From: Octopus sinensis
Lineage: Eukaryota
DNA: 64,000 nucleotides
Direction of reading: 5' to 3'
NCBI RefSeq assembly: GCF_006345805.1
Contig: NC_042997.1
Location: 41,106,001-41,170,000, forward strand
In this document: positions 55,922 through 64,000 of the stretch, piece after piece
How the letters are laid out: every line of letters begins with the position of its first letter
Numbering within the stretch: the stretch's first letter is position 1
Notes under the pieces: model-generated
Seen by the model: the letters and a program-made list of their open reading frames with translations, nothing else
Told to the model about the DNA's origin: nothing
Database searches by the model: none
Made by a program: the position numbers and the translations under genes

Positions 55922-57809
55922 GATTGGCGTCTGTATTTCTCATTATATCAATGCGATATGAAAAGTTTGCGTCAGCAGTCAAACATTGGTGGTGATAGTG
56001 GATGAGTGTAAATGAGAGAGAGGAAAGAAAGTGATAGAAAGAGAGAAATAAGAGGAAGAGGGTTTTGTGTGTATGTGTGTGTGATTTTGTGATGCTATTA
56101 GCTACGTAACCATGTTCTAAGCATTTGGTGTGATTGATACAGTTTATTTCCCTTCACTTACTTGGTATACTCTCCCTCTCCCCCGGCATTAGCATTCCAG
56201 CAGAAATGGAGAAGTGAAAATTATGTCAATGTCCGCTGGTGCGTGTGTGTATGTATGTATGTGTGTATATGCGTAGATGTATGAGACTATTTGCATCCAC
56301 GTAACTGAAATTAACTGGAAATAATCTAAGTACTATTTTACAAATTGTGATATGTTTGTGCGTGAGTGTATATATGTATATGTATATATATATAAACATG
56401 CACACACAGTTATCAGAATTATATATACGTATAATATTCAACCCCACGAAACGTACTAAAAGAATTGAATGAACTCAACTTGGAAAAAGGAGACATACAA
56501 AAAGAGAAATCAAATGAAAAACATCCGGGTTAAGATATTAAATAAAAGAAAACAGGCATATTGCAGAGCTGTAAACAATGAAAACCTAGCCAACAATTAT
56601 GAACAGTGGAGGGGCAGAGAAGAAGTAATACTCTCAAGAAACTTTCGTATCAAAGAAATAAAGTCAGAAACAAAGGAAGAAACAAAAAATATTTGAGAAA
56701 AATCGTTTAAAAGCGACATTAACCGGAAATGATCAAAATATTGTTATACGATCAGACGACAGATTTTTCATGTTTTAGAATCATCTCACTTTTGCTCGAT
56801 AACTATTGATCATCGATCTCTTCCCAAATACAACGTCTAAAGTCAACATTAAAATGAAGTACATTTCTAAATTCTTTGTTAGACCCTCCAGTGTTCACCT
56901 TGTCATCCACCATTCTCTTCGTGAAGAATCTCTGAAGTTTAAGCTCGATGTGCTAGAAATAGCAGCCAAATATTTCCTGTGAGCAGACGATAGATTCATT
57001 TAACGATAGTGTCACTTCAGAAAATCACGTTATCAATAACGATGATAATTTAAATGGTATATATAATGATTGACATGGAAGCAAACGATACAAATTCATT
57101 TAACCATAGTTCGTTTCAGAAAATTACGTTTGTAAAATAAAGTATATGATAGAGAAATTATAACAATTCTGAAGAGGAATTAAATGTTTTAGCAGCTTTA
57201 AAGTTATGGGAAAAGAATTTTCGTTATCAAAGTAGCAATATTTTATACGAATGAAGGATGACAGGCGAGGATTTTGTGTTGTGAAGGGACTTCAAGTGTA
57301 TATGTTCTGGTGTGTGTGTGTGTGTGTGTGTGTGTGATGCACTGAGATATATAACTCTGCCTAAGCATTGCTTTTGATATAAAACGGAAGGGAACACCAC
57401 ATTAACGATTATAATAATTGACACATAATTATATTCAAAACTTCAACAGCACATCTGTACCCAAAACTTCAATAGCTTAATGTCCTATTTTCATAGGATT
57501 GAGGGGAAGAGGGAGAGGAAGACACGCAGGAGCCTCTAAACTGTTTAATGTATTTGTATCTCAGATAGACCCCAGTATTCTGGATGCCTTCTGCAAAAAG
57601 TGAAAGATAAAAATAAATTCAAAAAATAAAGTTAATTGTCTGCCGGTATTTGTGTGTGTGTTTGTGTATGTGTGTGTTTCTGTGAGTGTGTTTCTGTGTG
57701 TGTGTGATACGATGAGATACATAACAATGCCTAAGTGTTTCTTTAATATAAAACTGAAGTGAATATTAATGATAATATTAAATGACATAATTTTACTGTG
57801 AAGGAGGTT

Positions 57810-58870
57810 TAGTCTTCAATGTTTTCAGTCTCGTCCACCACACTACTTCTTTAGCCACCGGGCAGAAGAAACTGCTTTTCCTTCCCGGCCTAAAGAAGGT
57901 GGCGGGGCGATCTTTACAATGAACTCGGCTCGTAAACTGGACGAACGAGTGCATGCAGGACTATTTCATCTCCCTGCGCAACCCCACCCCCCGACATATC
58001 CGTCCGACAACACTTTCGTATCTGTAGAACTTGTCTTCAATCGGCAGAGCTCCCTCGTAGCACTGCCAGGGATTTCTGGAAGTTAAAGACCAGTTAGTTG
58101 ATTCCCTCCACCTACACCCAGAATTTACCCCGATTTCGTCGTTGTGCCTTCCCTTCTACAAATCCCCTCTATAAATCCATAGTGGAACTTTCAACGACCG
58201 CGTTACCCGACTGGCAGAAAGCTGTGAGAGCTTGCCGACACTCCAGGTGCCAAGCGCCCTTTCTTGGCCAACACTTGACTCAGTACTGTAGCTTCATCAA
58301 TGAGACGAGCTGCGGAAAGTCCCGTTTGACAAACAGTCAATCTCCCATGCTCACCGTTAAAGATACGAAGGAGATGTCGCAGTCTCAGCGCATGTCTGCG
58401 AATCATTAGCAACGGCATGTCCAGTACTCCACTGAGAGGTTGTTGACAGCAGATGGACCGTCTGATGAGCGGAACACGTCCCTTCTTTTGAAAGCGGAAT
58501 AAAAAAACGCTCTAACTTTATCGGGCATGGGACTACATTCAGGCAGTCATAGATGACGGAAGCGATGTACGCATTCGCCACCTCGACTCGACCCTTCACG
58601 AACAGCTTCCTCTCTGCCAATTTCTGGGTGAGATCGACTATCCTGTTCGTCACCTCCCACACGTTGTTGTCCACCTCGAGGTCTAGAGCAAACCAGAACC
58701 CAAGCAGTTTAACCTGTCTTTCCGTTTAGCACCCTACAAACAGTCGGTTGGTATGGGTCTGTCTCTCCATCTGCCGATTTGCAGGCCCACTGACATCTCT
58801 TGGATAAGCTTTGCTCCTATCACCGCTTCGTGGACAGTATTATGATGACGTAGTCCGTGTCAGCTGATAC
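57810..58870 (-). mobile_element. Tx1-like LINE ORF2 fragment
   Basis: LLGFWFALDLEVDNNVWEVTNRIVDLTQKLAERKLFVKGRVEVANAYIASVIY is homologous to 13420-13560 of the + strand Tx1. Confidence 0.75.
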
Positions 58871-58888
58871 GAACATTCCACATCCTAA

Positions 58889-58944
<56 letters not shown>

Positions 58945-59297
58945 CTGTATTTCTAATTATATAATTTCGATTTGAAAAGTTTCTGTCAGCAGTTTATGAT
59001 GATTGGCGGTGGAAGTGGAAGAGTTAAAATGAGAGAGAGAGGGGAGATGGAGTGATAGAAGAGAGAGAGAGGGGAAAGAAGAGGAGGAGGGTTGATGTGC
59101 ACGATTGTGAGTGTGTGTGTGTCTGTGTGTGTGATGCAATTAGATACATAACCCTGCCTAAGTTTTTCTTTAATATGAAACTGAAGGGAATATCACATTA
59201 ACGATTGCATTAAATGACATAATTTTACTGTGAAGAAGTGAGTGAAAAGTTTAGCCGGAAATAATTTCCAATAACAACAATAATAATAATAATAATA

Positions 59298-59352
<55 letters not shown>

Positions 59353-59365
59353 GATAATAATAAAG

Positions 59366-59476
<111 letters not shown>

Positions 59477-59937
59477 CATTCAGTAGTTTTATTTTTATAG
59501 TGTGCTTTCACTTCACTACCGAGCGCAGCTCTGTGTGCCTTAGGTATGTGCTGTGATTTGTTGTGATGCTCTGATGGTTATTGTATGGAAAGTGTTCTGC
59601 GTAGGACGTGTGCAGTGCCTAATAGTGCAATTTTCTGTATGATATATGAGTTTGTAAGTCCTGGTGTTTTTGTTATGTATTTGTCTGAATATTTTTTTAT
59701 CATGCCTAATGCACCTACTATGATAGGAATTGTTTCTGTTTTTAGATTCCACATTCTGGTTGCCTCTATTTCCAGGTTTTGTATTTTGAAAGTTTCTCCA
59801 TTTCTTTTAGAGACACGTTGTCATCTGCCGGTATTGATACATCAATTAGAAAGCATTTTTTTCTTCATGATCTCTGACAACTATATCTGGTCTGTTGGCC
59901 TTAATTTCTCTATCTGTGTGTATCGGCATATCCCAGA

Positions 59938-59938
<1 letters not shown>
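59477..59938 (-). mobile_element. Dong/R4-clade LINE 3' fragment flanked by (TAA)n on both sides
   Basis: WDMPIHTDREIKANRPDIVVRDHEEK..LIDVSIPADDNVSLKEMEKLSKYK..RMWNLKTETIPIIVGALGMIK..QKIALLGTAHVLRRTLSIQ*, with frameshifts. Confidence 0.88.
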
Positions 59939-60026
<88 letters not shown>

Positions 60027-60072
60027 TATTATTTGCCAATAGGGCCAGCATATAGGAGAAGATACAGTAGAC

Positions 60073-60250
60073 AAGGCGGTGAGAGCTGGCAGAATATTTA
60101 GTACGTCGGGCGAAATGCTTAGCGGTATTTCTCCTGCCGTTACGTTCTGAGTTCACATTCCCCCGAGGTCGACTTTGCCTTTCATCCTTTCGGGGTCAAT
60201 TAAAGAAGTACCAGTTACGCACTGTGGTCGATATAATCGACTTAATGCGT
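60073..60250 (+). mobile_element. tRNA-derived SINE
   Basis: ggcggtgagagctggcagaa...gttctgagttcacattccccgaggtcgactttgcctttcatcctttcggggtc...gtaccagttacgcactg; A/B-box-like head. Confidence 0.8.
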
Positions 60251-60399
60251 ATGTTTGTCCTTGTTTGTCTTCTCTGTGTTTAGCCCCTTGTGGGTAGTAA
60301 AGAAACAGGATACAGTAGACATGGACAGTGGGGATTTAACGCAGAGACAACGAGTACACAGTTAAAAGAATAACAATGATATCCGACAAAAGAATATAA

Positions 60400-61400
60400 C
60401 AAAGAAAGTTCGTAATAGGTGCAGGTAATCCCCTGGTGGTGGCTCAAGTACCCCCACCCAATCCTGAACCACTCGACGCTTCGAGGGCATCTGGGAAGAG
60501 CACTCTCCTCCCTCTCAAATTCACTAGCCAACATGCGCGTTATTAGAGTAGGTTCACTCACACGTACCATTTTCGCTATTCATCCACCTTTTGGCAAATG
60601 TCCTGGGAGGCAGCACTTCACTCTGCACCCTCATCTTCCTTTCCAAAGAAAATTTGAAAAAGTTGACGAGTGATTGGCCGTAGAGAAAAGTCTCTGTCTT
60701 TAGTCCTTTTAACCTAGTCCACAATACAGCCTCTTTCGCTACTGCTATTAGACAGAAGTAAATTGCCTGACCTTCCGGACTGATGGAAAGCGGCTGAGAG
60801 ATCTTCACTACGGACTCGGCCGATAGATAGAACCACCCTACACGTGATAACAGCTGTTCAACATAACTCCACAAGTCAATAATGCAAGGACACTGGACGA
60901 GTGCGTGCAGAACGCTTTCATCGCTCTGTGCATTTCTCGGGTAGGTCGGTCAGACAGCACTTCCGTGCTTGTAGAGTTTATCTCGACCTGGCAGTGCCCC
61001 CCGATAGCACTGCCAAGCAAGGGATTTCTAGAAGTTATCCATCGTCTCCGTCTTGAAAGTCCTCCTCAACAGACTGGTTAGTTCAATTTTGTCAACGTCT
61101 AGAGTCTCTCCAAGTGCTTCATCGCACTTTCCCTCCACTAACCCTCCATAGAATTCAAGAGTTGATTTTCCACTGATCGCATTGCCCACCTCGTAGAGGT
61201 CAGTGAGTGCCTAGCAACATTCCAGATGCCAGTCACCCTTCCTCGGTCTCTTCTTGACCCAGGACTGCAGCTTACTCAAGGAGATGAGATGTGGAAAAGC
61301 CTGTTTGACAAACGATGACCACACCTGTTCACCGTTTAGGCAGAATGTTTGGAGATGCCGCAGCCCCAGTGCATGTCTGCCACAGCATGCCCAGTGTTCC
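60400..61400 (-). mobile_element. Tx1-like LINE 3' fragment
   Basis: Homologous to 13700-14280 and 57810-58450 (RHALGM..RHLQTF; C-terminal cysteine/histidine region). Confidence 0.65.
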
Positions 61401-62255
61401 GGAAATCGTAAAGCGAAAGCACAAAATCGAAAATGGGAAAAGCGAAAAGTTAAACAGCATTTAAGAGCTCTCCTCGTTAGACCTTGAATTATAAGGCTAA
61501 AAAGATATCAAAAATTTAATCAAGAATAGACGGAATTTTCCAGTTCTTCAAAATATATTTATACTTGACAACGACTGTAAATTCCTGACCTGGAGTCCTA
61601 TAGAGAATTAAGCATCTTAGTTTCTAACAGGATATGCACTCTTTCAGCTAAACAAAGCTTATATTTATTCGATCCATTAACATAAGTTATGGATTCTCAA
61701 TTACTTCCCATCCAGTCACATGTGGTGTTTCGTTTTCTTCCAAACTTAGCCAGTTTCGTAGCTTTACTTTTGTCCTATGTCGGAAGGGGATTATCTGATT
61801 GGCATAACGACTTTTAAATTCACCTTTAAATAAGCAAAAGAATAAAAGAATAAAAGATTATGTGCGTGTGTGTACATGCATACAAAAATACACACACATA
61901 CACACGGATATGTACATAAGCGCACGCACACACACATTTAGGCGTATGGATTATTGTTTCGGTAAGTTGTGTCCACGAGAAAGACACTTCCAGTGCACTC
62001 ATCTGAAAAGTACCAGCATTAACCAGGGGTTAACATTGCGACAGACTGGTATCCTGTTCAGTCGGGTGTGTTGTATCCTTGTGTGTTGAAATACGTTCGA
62101 TACCGAGATATACTGGGGTCCTAATGAGCCTGTAGATCAGGCAGAGAATTTAGCTGAGAAAATACTTTAATGTAGACATTCAGGCATGCGCAGTCAAGTG
62201 TTTGTGTAACGTTTATGGACTGAAAGTCGATATGAATATGACAAAAAAAGAAATA

Positions 62256-62790
62256 CCGTATTTTCCGGTGTATAAGCCGCTATTTTTTACCTGGGAAATT
62301 TAGTGTGCCGCTTAGAGAAAGGTGCGCCTAATGTGTGTAACTTTTTTTATAAATTCCAGGAGGAAAATAATTTGTGTATGGAGATCGAATGATTCCACTG
62401 ATTTTTTCGGAGGAAAGGTCGGTCGATGAAAGACTATTGCTACAGTACATTGATGCCTGGAAAAAAACAAAGCACGTTTATTTTGTTTTACCTTCATGTT
62501 TTGATAATGTTTTTTTTTTATCCAATAAAGAATTTAATAGTGACGGAATGTGTTTGTTGCTGATTATAGTAAGATAAAATCAAAAAATCAACAATACATC
62601 TCATAGATGAAGAATAAAACATTTTGAAACTACATACACATCAACAATAACAAAGCTAGCTGCGGACCCGTGGTTCCATAAGTCTTTATAAAACACCGGT
62701 AGGCTTTATGTGCGGATAAAACCATAATTTTCCCCAAAATTCGGCTGAGCGGCTTCAATGCCGACGCGTTTTATAGACCGGAAAATATGG
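62256..62790. mobile_element. Non-autonomous pogo/Tigger-like (Tc1-mariner superfamily) MITE with TA target duplication
   Basis: Left TA|CCGTATTTTCCGGTGTATAAG and right TTTATAGACCGGAAAATATGG|TA are terminal inverted repeats. No ORF. Confidence 0.8.
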
Positions 62791-62984
62791 TACTTAGTTT
62801 CTTGATTGGATTGTAGCTGTTTGTGAAATGTTTATTACTGGATTAAGTTCATTGCTGGATTATTGGCAGTTGAAAGACCTGAGTACAAATGAGTACAAAT
62901 CTAATCCCCTAGATATATCTTGCAAAATTTCGACTTTTTACTGGAATTATTTATATTATTTATATTTGATCTTGTTTGGTGTTA

Positions 62985-63029
62985 ACACAACATTTTCGAC
63001 TGATACACCCTCCAGCCTTCTTCAGGTGT
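62985..63029 (-). ncRNA. Minimal type I hammerhead ribozyme motif at the Penelope 3' end
   Basis: ACAC-CTGAAGA-A-GGCTG-gagggtgtat-CAGTC-GAAA-ATG-T-T-GTGT. Same family as 24604-24647; stem II is fully paired (one G.U) but the stem III palindrome is altered. Confidence 0.65.
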
Positions 63030-63074
63030 CTTGGGGACAATTTCGAACCTGGATTTTCATTGTTATTATTATTG

Positions 63075-63151
63075 TTCAGGTTAGTGCTTGGAATCGAACT
63101 CGGAATCTTGGTGTTAGTAGCCCGCGCTCTTAAAAACTACGCCATATGCCC
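63075..63151 (-). promoter_or_regulatory. tRNA-like Pol III head (A/B boxes) between the PLE ORF end and the hammerhead
   Basis: Minus strand GGGCATATGGCGTAGTTTTTAAGAGCGCGGGCTACTAACACCAAGATTCCGAGTTCGATTCC: A-box-like TGGCGTAGT and B-box GTTCGATTC, followed by a short (AAT)n. Confidence 0.55.
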
Positions 63152-63189
63152 ATAGGCAATTATGGAGTGAATTTTAGGGCTTATAAATC

Positions 63190-64000
63190 TAATATTTTTC
63201 TATCCTTCCTTAATACCGGTTCTCATATGCTGCTCATATCTGCACTCTGTCTGCTTAGGGGGTTGTTGTGTCTTAGCTGCTTCTTTTAGTTTTCGTATTT
63301 TCCAGTTGTGTTCTCTGTCTATTATTTTAACTTCATCCTACAGGGGGAGGTGGTCTCCATTTTTCCATACATGATCAGCTATACCCGATTTATCAATATC
63401 TCCTCGTGAGGGGGCGGCATGTGTCGCCTTTGTATAACCTACCACAACTGCATGGGATGGAGTACACGCAGTCTTTGGTCAAATTCTCTTCTATTGGTGG
63501 TTTTACTCAAAGGATTTATTTGCGAAGTGTTGTAGTACTCTTGAATACTGTCCTGATGTCATATGGGCCGCATATCTTTCGTATCTTTTCGGAGAGGCCT
63601 TTCACATAGGGTAGACAGACTTTAGACAGTTTATTGGCCTTATCCTCTCTTTTCTTCATAACTGGAGTGGATAGTATACTTTTGTGGTAGTTGTTGCTTA
63701 ACAGATCGTTATTGAGCTTGGTGTTATCACGATCGCTACTTATATTTTTTGCACGATGTTTTAGGCACTGAGCAATCCCTCCCTTTACACAGTATGAATG
63801 GTAGGAATTGAAGTTGAAGTATCGTCCGGTAAAGGTCGGCTTGCGGTATACGGATGTCCTGAATCCATACTTGGTGCGTGTTATTAATACGTCCAAGAAT
63901 GCCAACTGATTGTCTGTTTCCTTTTCCATTGTTAACTGTATGGGTGGCTCTATTGACTTCACATGATCTAACAGCACTTGGACATCTTCCTGGTGGGGCC
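63190..64000 (-). mobile_element. Penelope-like element 3' part (RT thumb and GIY-YIG), continues beyond the right edge
   Basis: IQLTMEKETDNQLAFLDVLITRT...TSVYRKPTFTGRYFNFNSYH...VCLPYVKGLSEKIRKI, then CVYSIPCSCGRLYKGDT and SGIADHVW...KIRKLKEA, with an internal deletion. Confidence 0.9.

Noticed and set aside
63075-63151. Functional tRNA gene
   Set aside because: The A-box is degenerate, there is no convincing acceptor stem or Pol III terminator, and it is embedded in a repeat module. Treated as a SINE-type head.

Overview
This is eukaryotic, AT-rich DNA saturated with microsatellites and retroelement debris. The SINE sequences and the (TA)n/(TACA)n/(TAA)n load look like an octopus or other cephalopod genome; that assignment is an inference from recalled repeat families, not a database hit. 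The only host gene I can support is the 5' coding part of a minus-strand secreted or membrane leucine-rich-repeat protein. It has a signal peptide plus LRRNT exon (4946-5149) spliced in phase 2 to a 72-nt LRR exon (206-277) and continues off the left edge. Nearly all other long ORFs are microsatellite artefacts or LINE/Penelope remnants (Tx1-like L1, Dong/R4, CR1/Jockey-group, RTE, two Penelope-like elements), alongside Tc1 and pogo debris and SINEs. Bases 13856-33461 are repeated at 33562-~51817 across a 100-N gap, most likely uncollapsed haplotypes, so features in that span appear twice. The best lead is a ~364-nt circularly permuted unit at 28994-29642, inserted as a fold-back into a (TA)n run. 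It carries a fully paired minimal type I hammerhead ribozyme with a compensatory U3:A8 core, as expected of a retrozyme-like circular RNA element. A second hammerhead family sits behind a tRNA-like Pol III head at the 3' end of a Penelope element (62940-63151), and further copies and hammerhead-like cores occur at 21.8 kb and 24.4-24.6 kb. All structures and translations were read by eye; nothing was folded, aligned or searched computationally.
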